From Kondoa subrosea (Eukaryota), in the NCBI GenBank assembly GCA_039545335.1, contig BCIN01000007.1:930001-994000 (forward strand): 64,000 bases of DNA, read 5' to 3'. Shown one piece after another: positions 1 through 14,218 of this stretch; the first letter of the stretch is position 1, and each line of letters opens with the position of its first letter. The notes beneath the pieces are model-generated. The model was not told the DNA's origin. It ran no database searches and saw nothing but the letters and a program-made list of their open reading frames with translations. The translations under genes and the position numbers were made by a program.

Positions 1-558
1 TCACCTCGAGTTGCGTTTGAAGATGAGGCAGTTCTACCTGAGAATGCAGAGGCTACTGAACCCGTTCAAGAACCAGAGGAAGATGATTCTGAGCAAACTG
101 AGACTTGTGAAGCAACCAAAGTCAAGGTCGAGTCGAACGAAACCACGTCAGGCGAACATGAGATTGATGAATTGGAAGAGCTTGGGGTCTCTACGAAAGC
201 TGAGGCAACTGCAGAGAGTGCGGAACCAGAGGCAGATATTCCCACGACCGGTACTGCATCTGATCCTGTCGGTCAGTCATCCACGAGTCTTATAACGATT
301 GATGCTCAAGCTTTCCTCCGTACAGATCTTTCTGTACCCTCTGCCTCTCCTATCTCTTCTGCTGTCTCACCTTCTAGCAAACCTGATTCCGGTCACGGCC
401 TGAGTCCTAAGCGAGCTCGAGAGGATGCTATTCTTTTGCCGACCGATGCGCCTGATGCGACGCATGACTTGATACCTCGTGAGTCATTCGCATTGTGTCT
501 CTGGGTGTAGCTGATATTACCTTGTACAGCAGAAGCCAAACGTGTGAGAGCGCAATAA
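1..558 (+). CDS. 3' end of an acidic, low-complexity protein (partial, runs off window start)
   Basis: Open E/A/P/S-rich frame. Intron GTGAGT (479)...TACAG leads to a last exon ending EAKRVRAQ* at 558. No recognisable domain. Confidence 0.55.
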
Positions 559-1079
559 GGCTTATTTCCTTGGCTTGAGCAAAGTCCTCGCCTGAGCAAA
601 GCTCCACTACTCTAGCTGTGATGTCCGACAATTTGTACAGCATCAATTTATCTTCTTCTATCGCGCAAGCTAACGGAAGAAGTCAAAACAAGACAAGGTA
701 ATAGTAAGCAAGAATCGCAAGATCAACCAAAGTATCGTTCCGCCCTCGAGTAACAGCAGCCTGACATTTGCGAATTTGTTTTACTGATCTTTTCTAGCTA
801 TCCTTACAAAAAATATGGCATCATCACTCAGCATTCAGCATTATAATGACATACTTATACCCAGACATGCATGGTTCGCCCTTCTTTTGGCTTTCTTCAT
901 CGACGAACTTGTAAAGAGGGTACATTTTGGTATTCGCATAGGCAATTTTTGGGATTGTATCGTTTCCGCATTCAGCTTCGAAGGCTAATGGCTTGGCCAA
1001 TGTACAATACAATGAAATGTTCACACTTGCATAACAGCCCGCGACGGTACTACTTGGATGTCAAACCGGGCCACATCTA

Positions 1080-2281
1080 TCATTCGCTGCCTGAACCTGA
1101 CCGATCGCTTGCTGATCTTTGCATACACTTCGAGATAGCTCTTTTGCGCAAGTCTCCTTTCCCACGACGAGAAGAGACTGTTCTAGCCAAAGGTGGTCTT
1201 TCTTTTGGTTGACCGGACAGAGGTGAAGTCATTCGTATCGGCGGCTTTCCAGGTATTTGAGATGCTGCTACTGTCTTTTTTGACATGAGCTTTCGCAGCT
1301 ACAAAGGGGTCAGGAGAATGACAGGGAAGCAGACGCTAGCCTGACTCACATTTGAAGGAGATTGCTTTCGTGCACGCTTACTCTTCTTTGCGTGTTCTGG
1401 AGAGTTTCGAGAGAAGAATCGGATGTAGAGAAAAGTTTCAGCTGCGCCTATGAAAAGAGAAGCAGTCATAGCAAAGCAGAGTTTCTGCGTTTGACATTAG
1501 CATGAGTGGATAGAGAGACAAAGGCTGATAACGGACTGTGATAGGTGAACGATTACCTCCAGCCCACCAAGCAGCAGTAGCTACAGCCATCATTGAAGCT
1601 AGGACATTGAAAACAGCGCCCATTTCTTTCTTTGCTTGTTTCCAATCATCTTGCTCTTGTTTCGTTTGAACGGAATTTGTTTTGGTATTCGATGCGAAGA
1701 GACCTATCCGATGTGTAGGTGTACTCGTCATACGATTGTATTCCGCTTGCTCGTTGGCTTGTCGTAAAGAGTCCATATGATCTTTGAAACTCGTTGACTA
1801 AACGAAAATGAATGAGCTTCGACTAGACTCTGCATGCGGTGACGACGGACTGATGATGATGAAGAAGAGGAGTTCGAGAGAGATGTAGCACCTATTCCTT
1901 CATCGCCTTGCTTGAGTTTCGAATCTCTTAAGAGATTCGCCATTGTATATTGCAAGCCGTCTTCTACTGTACGAAGATCATGTAACCTACCGCTGATATA
2001 GTCCAATGAGAGGACCTACATTCATCCTTGGATACCTGACCACCTGGGCGAGGTTGAGTGCAAGACCGTCGGACAGCATTCGATATCAAAGAAAGTCTTC
2101 GAGGAGCAATCAAAATCGTAGCTGATTCTGCTTGAGCCCATTCCAGATACACCGTTTCGGCCTCTTTGTCCTTTTCAAACACATCCCAGCCATGCTTCTC
2201 TATATTTCGCGGTAAAGCCCTCAAAGCTTGTAAAGCGTCTTCTCGCAATTGATAGCAGGATGCGTTCTGAGAATCGTGCAT
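1080..2281 (-). CDS. VMA12: ER V-ATPase assembly factor, Vma12/TMEM199-like (spliced)
   Basis: Segment SLRQANEQAEYNRM...DWKQAKKEMGAVFNVLASMMAVATAAWW followed by a second TM segment (FAMTASLFIGAAETFLYIRFF) matches the Vma12 layout. Confidence 0.65.
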
Positions 2282-2471
2282 GCTGGGTATAAGTGTCCAA
2301 GTAGACTACGGTATCATGCTGTTTGTCCCAGATGTTCGTGGTTTGGGTCAAGCGAGACTGCCATGATTCTCAAAATAAACAAGGCAAGAAGCGACATCAC
2401 TGCGTGTTCTAGGAATGCAATGCTTATCTATACAACAGTTGTCCGAGTATTCAGAAGCAATTCTACGTGTG

Positions 2472-3705
2472 TTACAGTGCAGTACCCTGATCGAAGCATA
2501 TATGAGCAAGGCCATCACTTTCAGCTCGAGAACACAAAAGACATACCTGTGCTATTCTAACTAGCGAGCTCATATCCAAAGAGCTAGCGCGAGATGATTC
2601 CACCGAGGATGAAGGTTCTGAGAGATGACTAAGTCGTAATATCGGTCTTGCAGACAATCGTTTCTCCTCATCTTGTCCTATCCCAGCTACTGACTTCCCT
2701 CGAGCATCAACTCTTCGAGCAATCTTCCAGACTACCAAAGATCCATAAACTTGAGTTGCCATTAAGATGAGTATGCTTAGAACCACGATGACTGAAAATG
2801 CAAGATCGAGAGGCTCTGTGTTTCTTGCTTGTTTGACTCCCCACCAGACCAGCACGTAAATGGCGAAAACGAATTTCAGAATACTGCCGAGCAGATATAA
2901 GAGCTTGCTCGGAGATGGCAAGAACAGGACTTACAAGGACTGGATCGAGGCGAAACGCAAGGCGAGTTTCACCTTGCAGGACGAGTATTGCAGTCGATCT
3001 AAGGCAAGATATAAGCTCATCATATAATTAAGAGAAATCATAGACTCACACATCAAAAGTGCAGCAAAGATAGATTGTTCTGTCGTTGCCTGGAACAACC
3101 ATATCAAGCCAGTAACCAGTAAACTAGGGCGCTGCGTCTTTGTAGAACATGCGAGTACAAAGATAATGGAAAAGATGGTCTGTTTTGAGGCATAAGAAGA
3201 AACTTTGATAGATTGATACGGACTTACCGAAAAATGATGAACCAGCATCGGCCATCTCATTTCCACCCTGTAGATCATCTCAAAGAGATACAAGCCACAT
3301 ATAAGTGTTGCTGCAACGTAAACGCAATCTATTCGTGCAAGCGAGTATTCTTCCGCTAGTAAAGGAGTTGCTGCAAGCTGGACCGCGAGAGCGAGAGATG
3401 TATAGAATATATTCAGGTCATAGATGACTGATGTACGTTGATTGGCGAAAGAGAGAGTTGGGTAGACGGTTGAAAACCGCTGGAAGAGGGTTTCGGAAAT
3501 CTTGGCTGAAAAATAGAGTATGCAGATATAGCTGAAATTGCTGATACCTGAACGAAAAGTATTAGCAGACGATTGACTCGAGAAATAGAGGAGACATACT
3601 GAAGAAAGCGATTGTCAGGGGATCGACATGTCTTGCTAAGGCAGCTTGGAGTGCTTCAATAGAAGATGAGCTGAGCGTCCCTAGATCTGAAGTAGTCATC
3701 GGCAT
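2472..3705 (-). CDS. Multi-pass membrane protein, fungal TLC-domain-like (spliced)
   Basis: Several TM segments, with YLFEMIYR...LVHHF and ATTEQSIF motifs. The C-terminal boundary is uncertain. Confidence 0.5.
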
Positions 3706-4711
3706 CTTCTACCAGCTATCGTTGTTGCTGATAACGAGAGCGAAGTAACACAACAGACCATATATTCTACAGTGCCGGACAAAGGGACAGCCCAGAAGGA
3801 GGAAACAAAAAGTATTTCTACTCAAGTACAGAGAGAGATGCAGTGCTTAGCAACGAAGAAGCGAGCAATCGACCGATGCAGGTAGCGTTAGATTCGCGGT
3901 GGGTCAACACGAACGCAAAATCAAAAGCAGAGAGCAAAGAAAGGGCAAGCTCGGGGTTAGTCATATCTGCCAAGATGAGACGTAGTTTTTGCTGTCATTT
4001 CCTGTCTAGAAGCGCCTTGGCTGCCCATAGGTAGACCACTGTAGGAAGACTTCTTCTGAAACTCGCGAAGCTGCAATTGACACAGAGCTGCACATAGCAG
4101 CCCATAGCGACTTGTTCACTGTGACCAAGCTGCAAATTGCGAGATCGTTCTGGACAAGGATGTTGTAGCCTGGGCAGTCATTCGAGAGATAGAGGGTAGC
4201 ATGGCATGATCGCCTCTGAATCCACCAGCAGAGCTCGACAAACATCTCACATACAGACTGCACATAGACAGCCGATTCAGTAGAGCTCAGGCATGAGTGG
4301 AGGCCGCCGTTCACGTTCACGTTCAAGCGATATTTTTGTGAATCTCTGCCAAAACTGCCAACGGGTCTACTGCAAAGCCTGACTCAAAGCCTCACTGTCT
4401 TTCACATTATCCATTCCTTTGGCCGAAGCAAAGACATTCCTTGGAAGAACAAAGCACTTTCGAGCGAGACAGAATCTCTTATGCGGTTTACAGCTGGCAC
4501 CGCTTGATCGACTGCCACAGCTCGTTCATCTCATCGCTGTACTGTCTGTCCTGCGTACTCCAGCACACATTCTTTGCAATCACATTTGCTCGATAGAAGA
4601 CTGAGGAATTTGGACTCCCCCAAGAACGTGATCTATTGCTTCTCTTCGAGTCTTCGGTGTTGAAGGGGCGTCTATCTCTTCTCTCTGTCCACAAGCCCCA
4701 AGTCCTCAAAG

Positions 4712-7700
4712 ATGGCACAAGCCGCTCCTTCGTCAGCTTCGATCATTCCTTATAGCAAGCAGCAAAGTCATACCACAAAATCAAACAACCCTCTGAACCG
4801 CTTGGTGCATCTTATCCTTCCGCCAAGATCGTCCATAGACTCCGCAAGCTCAGACGAAGAGTCTGGAAGTGAATCAGGCAGGCGGAGAAGATCTAGGTCT
4901 AAAAGTGCTCAAGAGAAAATCTATTCACCGAGCTTTAGTCCGCGAGTTGCTGATATAGGTAGGCATCTCTTGTTCACACATATTCTCATCTCATCGGGAC
5001 ATTGAACAGGCGAATCTCCTTATAATGTTCAAGCTCATGCAAGGACAACTAGGCAATATCGCCTTCATAGCAATACCGACACTGTCACGTCCACCTACTC
5101 TCGTTCAACAGGGCGAGCTCAATACTCACCTCATATGCCTGCTCCATCACTGCGAAACCCCTGGATTTCTGTAGATCAAGATGACCAACCCGCTTACGCA
5201 AGAGATCGGTCTGGTTCCTATGTCGAATCCCTTGGTATAGAAGCACAAGCTTTCCCAGTACGATCATCAGCTGGTTCTACTTCTCTGCAACCAGTATTCA
5301 GCAAACTTCGTTCCGAAATTCCGATACAAGAAAGATCTGAACGCGGATCTGCTAGTACCAATAATTATCAAATCCCGACTATCAGACCTGTTATACGTCA
5401 AAGAAGATCATCAATGTCTGATACTCGTTCTTTACATCAAGATCAAATTCATAGACCTAGTCAATTAGCTACCCCTTCTCCACTTCCTTCTTCATCTACT
5501 ACTGCTATTACCAATAACCAGCAACGAATTCGAGCATTTAGTAAATCCAGATCCAAACCTAGAATAGGCTTGTTTGAATGGGAATCATCGGAATCGGAAA
5601 CTGAAGAAGAAAGATTACCTGAAAATGCAATGAGGTTCAAAGAGAAAGCTGCTCGTTTAGCTAGAGATGATGAAGATAATTCAAGCGTTAGAAGAGTGCT
5701 GAAAGAAGGAGCTGATTTTCAAGCTGAGAGAGAACAACAAGGTTGGGCTTCGGATAGTGGTGGCTTGCGAAGAAGGAGAAGACGCAAGCATAAGAAGAGC
5801 AAAAATAGTCAGACTCAGAGATTAGAACCACCTGTACCTCCTCCTTCTGCTAGCGGAAGACCTGCTTTCAGAAGAACGCATAGCGCCGAGCCTGGACTTG
5901 AATCTCCTCCTATGGCTACAAGTTGCGATTTCTTCCTACCTACTCGAGCACTACGTAGTTTTGGAATCCGGAAACGGAGCAATAGCGAAAGTTCTGTCCA
6001 AGGTCCAGCACGATCAGGCTTGCTTGGTCGAAAAGCTTCTGTTGCTCCTCCACAAGCTCAGCCTCCTCGCATTAGCAGAGACATTGGTGTTCAGGTCGAT
6101 GAAGATCTGTTTCGACATAGTATAACACCTAATGCTCTCGGTAATGATCGCTTGCAAGTACCCAAAATTCAACGGCAACGGTCTGCTTCGTTCAGCGATG
6201 TTGGATCTTTCACTTCTTCAGGTCATCAAGTTGGTTATGGCTTAGCAATTACAGGTCAAGCGGAGGATCGCCAGGCTTTCATGCCGGCTGAAATCAACAC
6301 TTCAACCGAACGTTTGGCTGTGACAAGCTCTCCTTCGCAATATCGTCGCCTGATTCGATCAGAAGCCACCGGTGCCTACATAATCCCAACAAGAAGAGTT
6401 CCCTCACCTCAACCTCGATTCCCGCAACCTTCACCTATTCCTTTCCCGGAGAACGAATACTCTTCTGGCTATCTGCAAAAGAAGACTGCACCCGCTGCTC
6501 TTCCTTCTCAGCTGTCAATCCTTCCTATATGTAACAGCAGTCCGCTTCTTGGCCACAATAGTTCGACTTTCGAAGATCGATCGCTACCTGACAGATCCGC
6601 TGCACATGTGAAGACACCTATTGGTATGGCTAGCATGAAATCATCTACCAATAGTAGTGAGAAGAAGAGCACTAATTCTAGAGTCTCTGCGGAAAGCGAT
6701 CATGTGTTGAACATGGATGTTGGAGAACAAGGTTTCAAGAACCTGGTGAGTTTGTCTGCGACTTGATCAGAAGATGATACTAATAGATTTTACTTGCATA
6801 GTTCTATTCTAGTCCCCCTCCGTTGATTGAAGCAGAGAGTCCGATAGCCCCTTTGACAGAATCCAGCTCTCCTCAAAACACCTTGCGCTTCTCTTTCGAC
6901 AGTAGCGCAGCTCGTTCTGATCCTAGTACTTCGCACACCACTAATGAAGGTCACGAAGAAGACCAAACGCTTCGAGTCGTTTCTTCTGCTGAACCACCCA
7001 AGCTTTCGCCATTACGCCACGAGAAGAGTTTCTCCCAATTGATGGAAGCCCAAATCCAAGATATGCCTCATAATGAATCTTGGGTTACTGGTCGTCGGCA
7101 AGGTGGATTGAGAGAAAGTCATATTGGTAAATTAGCGGAAGACGGTTTACCACTACAAGATTCCAGATTCCGATCTGCTTTCCATGAAGATAGTTCAGCT
7201 GATGGACATGGTACTATGAGCAAAGACAACAGTGATGGGTCAATACCTTATATCCAAGAGCTTGGCATTCTTCGCTCGCCTACCTTGATTCGCAACTCTA
7301 CGGCTCATGAACATCATTGGCGTCGATCTTCTCTAGTCCCAGATCTTGATGATAGCGAAGATGAAGATCAAGCCGAAAGAGCAGCACGAGCTCAAACCAA
7401 TAGAAAGCGATCTTCTGACGAATCTGGTCGCTCATTCATTGATTTCCAAGAACCCGCTTCTCCTGCCATTGAAGATCATCGAGCAAGCTACATAGGATGG
7501 AACGAGGATGATGACGATCTGCCCGTTACGCCCGATGAACACACCTTTGGACATGCGCAGACTCTTTCTTTTCCTGCTTCAACTCACTTGAAGACCTTGG
7601 CGCAGCTCGACAACAGCAGACAATCTTATCTCTCCGTCGATAGAGCCGATTCTGCTTCCCAGTACCTCAGTACACCTTCACCGTCTGCTTTCAGAACTTC

Positions 7701-7923
7701 TCACCTATCAGGCTACAGCTCTACGACCTCTCTGGGTCGGATGTCTCAGGCCTTCCCTGCGCCGCCGTCACCTACAGAATCTCAATATGCTCGCACGCGG
7801 ACCAGCTCGATGCCTGCGCTGCCGCCAGCTAATGAAAGCGAGCGAAGAGAAAGAATGGCTTCAGCGCAAGGCAGCTCTCGTCTTCGCAACTCGGCTTCCT
7901 CACCCTGGCTTGATCTACAATAG
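4712..7923 (+). CDS. Large Ser/Arg/Pro-rich disordered protein of unknown function (3 exons)
   Basis: Three long ORFs joined by GT-AG introns near 4959-5009 and 6746-6802. No folded domain recognised. Confidence 0.7.
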
Positions 7924-8142
7924 GACAATAGGATTTCAGTTGTTTATAAGCTCTGCTCTGTTCAAATTCGTTAGCAACGGTGTATAAAGGGGTATTCATG
8001 CATTTCTATTCCATTCATTTGAGTACTTCTGCATCGGGAAATCGTATTGAGGACGTCAGGAGAATTTTTATGCTGTTCATTGTCCCTTTCGAAAAGCAAA
8101 TCTAATAAACCCTAAATACAACGATATGTCTCTTCCGCAATT

Positions 8143-11100
8143 TTATGCCATGCACCTCAAACCCGAAACAGATTTGCCAATCTCCGTGATGCCAGAAACT
8201 CGATCCAGTTGGCCTTGGAACTCTGGCTTGTAGATAGTACCCGCCAGCGGATCAACGACAGAAGGCGAGCCCGCATAGATCGGTGTAAGGCTACCAGCAC
8301 ATACACTGAAAGAAGAGAAGTCTATAACGTATAATCATCAGAAACTTGTCACAGCAGAAAGGGTTTCTAGCACTTACGATCATAATCGATTTCCACTGCG
8401 TCCCTTGGATTCCGGTCTGCTGCTGCTATGACCTGTCTAGCTTGAGCAGAGACTTTCGGATCGTTTTGTCCTGGCACATCAAGCAATCTTTGCGCAAAGA
8501 CTGCAGCGGTGGCCGTGTTTTTAGCCTTGGTAAAGGTGTTCATTGCGAGCCGAAGGGCCAGAACGAGATGCACAGGTTGAAGACCGCAATGAGTGAAGTA
8601 TGCTGCGAGTTCGAGCTGCCTCTTGATGTTTTCAGGCTGTTCTTGGGCAATTCGCCGCCTTTCGATCTCAAGTGACAGGCCCAACAGATATTCGCGACAA
8701 GTAATGATGAGCTCCCTCAGCTGTATAACATAGATGATTAGCAAGGTGTGAAGACAGGAAATCCTAATCACCTCTGTATCTTCGGCAGAAGACGATGCAA
8801 CAACCAACAGAAGTGATTGTAATATCGAGCGGAAGGTATCCGCAGCCTCGACAAACGCAGCTCTCTTGAAAGCTGCGTAGGCATTGCGAAGCTCGCCGGA
8901 CACAATTGACTGTAGAGTTCGAGCAGCGACTGGTAAAACGCTTCGGCCTTCTGACTCGTCTGGGTTGCGACGGAGATGTACTTCAAGAGGTGGTAGACAG
9001 GCATTGGCTGGCAGGTATAGACGAGAAGAGCGATAGACTGAGAGGAAGAGAGGTTTGAGAGGTGCAAAGTTGACAACTCCAACTTGACGGTTGAGGATCT
9101 GGGACGGTTTGTCAGTCGCGCACACAGCAAGGGAGATACTTTCCATACCTGCATAGCAGTTTCAAATGATCCAGCAGCTACATGATCCGCTGCCAAAGGC
9201 GAGTTCCGAACCCAAAGAGCAGATTCGCTAATTCCGGTCGTAACAACAGCTTCCTGTTCGACTTCGCCGTTTTCTTCCTCTTCCTCCCCAGTTGGCTGCG
9301 GATCCTGATCGGCCGCGAGGTCCCAGGCGTCTTCCGCTTCCTCAGCTGCAACATCATCATCTCCAGTTTCGCCTGCCCATTCATCCAAACCATTTGCGCC
9401 AGAAGCATCGACACCATTCGCTTGATACTCGAGTCCTGCACTGTCGCCATTCGCGGAAGCAGCCAAAGCACGATCGAAAAAGCTTTCAGTTGCTCCAACT
9501 ACTGGCCAATTATGATTGTAGGTGGGAGTGACTACTGCAGGAGGAGCCAATTTGGAAGGTTTCGATGGAATAGACATATGTGCCACATCTTCTTCCGAGA
9601 GTCCAGCTGCATCGAGGACCTCTTGGGCCAAATCTTCAAGACCATTCGTCTTCGCAGTCATGTAAGCCAATGGGACTGCGAGAACTTAGCACAGTGAGCT
9701 AGCAGATGATGTGCTGACTCACATAGACCAACATCCTTCAGTACCGCAACTCGCGCAGCTACATTACCCGAGTATAGCGCGTTGTGGAATCGAGACATAT
9801 GATCGCCTCTCATTTCAGCAATTTTAGACATCTTTGACAACTTGTCCGTGTTGCCGGTGATGAGATAGAGGAAAGAAAGGCGATCAAAGTTCTTTGTGCG
9901 TTGATAAGCAATTTCCACAATTTTGTGGTTGCCTTGCTTGAGCGCTTGCTGACCGAGACGAGACCAGCAGTCTTCTCGATCAATGACTTTAGCGGTCTCA
10001 AGAGCGACATCCAGATTACCACACTCAATTGCAAGGTCGAAACGAGTGGTTTTGTCCTGAACAAAGTGAAGAGCAATCTATATAGAGCTGTCAGCTATGC
10101 TTCTTAACGTCAAAGACACGATGCTCACTTCGGGGTATCCTTTCTTCTGCAAATAGGCAATAATACTCTGACCGACCAAATTCGATGTGCGAATGATATG
10201 TAAAACTTCTTCGTAATTCTGGCGAACAAGAGCGAGCTTGAAACGATACTCTGTAGGATCGATAGGAATAGTCTTGGGCTTTGCATTGCGATCTAGACAA
10301 TGGACCGATCGGCCTTTGATCCTGGTGAGGTAGACTGGCTGTTCGAGTGTCTTAATGATGCCGTTATCACTGTGAGCAGACCCAGCGACTTGAGTCACGT
10401 TAACAATAGTTCAAAAGATCTACTCACCCATTCGGTAGTGCATACTTAATGTGGTTGAGCGTTGAGTAGACTAAGATTCCGCTGTCGTCCCACGCAGCTG
10501 ATTTGATGCGAATCGTTTCGTGGATAAGAGCAGTCTGAACCAGAGATTTTGAGGCGATCAGAATAGCTGTAGGTGTCAAAAATCGTAGTTAGACCAGCTG
10601 ACATGCAAATTCGGGACACTTACTGTGCTTGCTCAATAATGCGACCATTGCTCCATCATTGCTCCAAACAGCATATTTCACAGGAGGAGTGGCCAATTCG
10701 GCCAATACTTTCTGTTGCTGAATATCGAAAAGGATGACTGAAGTAGGTGTGCTGAGTAACAAGCTAGCTGTTCCTCCATAAAAGATATCGTTCGTTTGCG
10801 AAGGACATTTGATGGTCTTTGTAATGGAGTTGTTCAGATCTCGGATTTCGATGGCTTGAGCAGTCTTGTCCAAAACAGCGAATCGATTTCGAGCGACAAA
10901 GAGAGCAGCCGCGCCTGTTCCACGTTTGCCGTCATTCGAATCTCGCACTTCTCCACCGTCTTTGGGTAAATGAACAAGCTCGTACAGACCACCATCAGCG
11001 GGCGAAGTGACGATAACAGCACGTTCAGCAGGATTGTAAGATATGCTTCGAGGTTGAATGTATTGCGAGCCAAGGCGACGTACAGAGATGACACTTGCAT

Positions 11101-12607
11101 CATTACCAGTATTGAGATCGTGTGCTCGGACGTATTTGTCACGAAGGTAGAAGAGGGTATTGCCATGGATGCTGAAAGCAGGCCTTTCTCGATCAAGCTT
11201 GAAGACAATAAGACCAGAATCATGTCCTGTGCGTAAAATGAATCCAAGAATCAGAATTATTGTCTGAAATTTGGGACAAATGTCACGCACCAGCAGCAAA
11301 AAGGTTAAGCTCCGGGTGAGCAGTCAAGACCCAGAATCGATCGTTCTCTCTTCTGAAAGTCTGAACAGCCGTCCTCTTGCTCATATCCCAGACTCGAATT
11401 GTCTTGTCTTCGGCATCGGAAATGATGAGTTCATGCTTTGGGTGGAAAAGAGCGCAAGAAACATTGTTGAAATGACCACGGCAGGTATCGACTTCCCATG
11501 CTTTCGTATCACTCATGCGCCAGAGCTTGATTTGTCTGTCATCACCGGCGGAGACTGTGCACCCACAATAATGCTATATCAGCAAATGCTGAAGTCCGCA
11601 TGTCGTGACGCACCAATCAAAGGAAGAGTAGGATGGAAAGAAGCCCAGTTCACACCGCGATCATGACCCTCCAAAACATATTTGACAACAGCATCAGTGT
11701 TACCAAACAGGTCCGCTTGCCCTTGATTAGCTCGATGCACTTGTTCTTCAAAGCTCATTGGTTGAGCTGTAGTAGTCTTTTTGCGAAGTCCAGAAATGTC
11801 CCACACTCGAACGGTTTGATCCATAGAAGCGGAAACCACATAATCTTCTTTTGGGTGGAACTGAGCGCACATAATGTAGTGATTATGACCAGTAAGGATC
11901 GCTATACATTGTCTTGATTGCCAATTCCAAATGCGAATGGTTTGATCGTCAGAAGCAGAAAGAATCCAAGCTATAATGTAATTTGAGAGGATTTTTGGGA
12001 AAGCAGTATTTACAACGTACGATGTTCGTGATGGAAGAAGACCGTTCGAACCTGTTGTATATATTAGCAGATGTATTAATAGCTGTGAAAAGCCTACGTA
12101 GTCAAGATGGCCATGCAGAACGAAAAGGCAACGTTGCGTTTTGTAGTTGAAGACGCGAATTTCTGTCAACACCATATGACGACTAAGCTCGTTAGAGCTA
12201 AATTGGCATACGACTGACTGTAATCATCTCCTCCCGAAGCGAAAATAGGTTGTGTCGGATGGAAACAGATGCCACGAACAGGACCTACCAGCTATTATCA
12301 GCCTTGTTTGCAGCTCACACGATCAGCAATTGCTTACCATCATGCTCGTCATATCTCGCAACTGCATCAATCACGTCAGCCAAGGTCTGTACGCATTGGC
12401 AACCCGCAAACTCACCAAGCGTGCCCATTTGCCAATTCCATACTTGTATCGAGCCAGAATGCAGTGAAGCAGCTAAAAGAGTAAGTTTAGGATGGAAAGC
12501 AATGCCCTTGACTCGTTGACTGGCAATGCATGAGTTCAGCCTTTGACACTGTACTTTCCGTTGCACAAAACGCACGATTTAGACTCGAATTTCGTTAGCA
12601 TCTGCAT
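8143..12607 (-). CDS. COP1: Coatomer subunit alpha (alpha-COP)
   Basis: Starts [21 protein letters not shown], has WD40 repeats ([29 protein letters not shown]), [22 protein letters not shown] and ELAAYFTHC, and ends [13 protein letters not shown]. Confidence 0.97.
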
Positions 12608-12857
12608 GTTGACGAGGTAAGGCACGCTCTACAGCGTGAGTAGAGTAGATATAGCGAAGTGAAGAGGTTGAGGTCGAAAGTGTTGGCAATATCTGGCCTC
12701 AAATCGCGACTTGTAACCGTGCTTTAGGGTATGTAAGGCCACACAGTAGCTCTGAAGACCTAGTACAGAGGCGAAACAGAAAGGAACACTTGAAGAAAGT
12801 CGGCGTGTGCAGGTCAAGCTGCGAATTTACAACTTGCTCTCTTGTTCAGTCTCAGAC

Positions 12858-13583
12858 ATGAGCAGCTTCACCCTAGACAGAGCCCTTACTACGGTTCAGT
12901 CACTTTCCGCTGTCTCCTTTGGCGGTTTCTTGTTTCTTCATATTCCTGCTTCCGCAGCTACTTCACTCGGAGAGCCTAAAGCAACTCAATTGATGCTCAT
13001 AGGCCGTGAACTTTATCAAAGTGATCTTCTCGAACCTTTCTTCTTGGGTGCAGCAGCTTTGCACGTCTCATCTGGTCTCCTTCGCCGCTTACATCGACAT
13101 GGCCTCAAGTCGTTCGCCTCTCTGTCTGTGCACGCTTTATCTGGTTACCTGATGATTCCTTTCATCGGTTTCCACTATTACTTGCATCGATATCTACCGC
13201 TCAAAGTCAACATGGCAGAAGATATCAGTTACTCTTTTACTGCTCAATTCTTGCAAGAGTATCCCGCTTTAGCATGGACTCACTACCTTGTCTTCTCTGG
13301 TGCGCTTCCTCTCTTTCTTTGGTATCCTATCTCTCTCGCATCTCTTACACGTTTTCTAATAGGTCTGGCATCCCTCCATGTTTTAGGCGGAATTCGAGCC
13401 CTTTCATCAGCAAGAAGGAAAAGAGCTGTAGTCTTTGCAAGCAACACAAAAGTATGGCAAGCTTCTTGGGCAATGTTGATGGGTACTTTAGGGATCGGTT
13501 TAGTCAGGATGAGCAGAACTGGAGTGGATGGATTTGTTAAGGGCAAGTTTGAGAAGGTATTGAGGGTTGGATTGGGTCATTAG
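12858..13583 (+). CDS. MCP1: Mitochondrial outer-membrane adaptor Mcp1-like (DUF1691)
   Basis: VQSLSAVSFGGFLFLH...LMLIGRELYQ...LEP...LHVSSG and HALSGY motifs. One probable intron at about 13300-13362. Confidence 0.75.
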   Translation: MSSFTLDRALTTVQSLSAVSFGGFLFLHIPASAATSLGEPKATQLMLIGRELYQSDLLEPFFLGAAALHVSSGLLRRLHRHGLKSFASLSVHALSGYLMIPFIGFHYYLHRYLPLKVNMAEDISYSFTAQFLQEYPALAWTHYLVFSGALPLFLWYPISLASLTRFLIGLASLHVLGGIRALSSARRKRAVVFASNTKVWQASWAMLMGTLGIGLVRMSRTGVDGFVKGKFEKVLRVGLGH

Positions 13584-14218
13584 TAGCTAGTATTGGGTAT
13601 TCTGCTCAAGGTAAGAGCGTCAAACTGTTTTTATTACATGTGCTGATTATGCAATACAGATTATAATACAGGAATAAAGTCAAGACTGGAATGGTCGCTT
13701 CACGGAAGTCATTGGCTAGGTACGTCAGTAGCAAATGGCTAGCTCCGTGATGCTGATCACGATATTTAGTTGCGGCGGATGATCTTCGTCCTGTCTTGCG
13801 GAAACGTGGCTAAGCACAAAGCGAAGGTCTGATTGCATGTGCGTCTCTTCACAACAGGAAGGATGGCAGTCAAAGCAAATTATCTGACTTGGGATGTACG
13901 GCGAACCTATAGCGGCGGATGCATGTACTTTCGCGGAAGCGGAAGGTTTGATAGGTCTGCAAGTTTGATATGAACCGGCACGAATTACTCGTGTACCTTA
14001 AATGCGAAGAGTCGCTCTTTGAGAATTAACCTTCCGACCGGTGATCACATTGCCAATGCGAGCAATTCGACCTCTTTTCCTGACACAGCCAAGAGCACTT
14101 TGCACTACTCAATATACCTCTTCAGCACTCATATACACTCATATCCAAGTCCCACACCTCACCACTGGCCAGCGAACCTTCCTCTTACCTCACACTACTT
14201 TGAACACGACACAGCATA

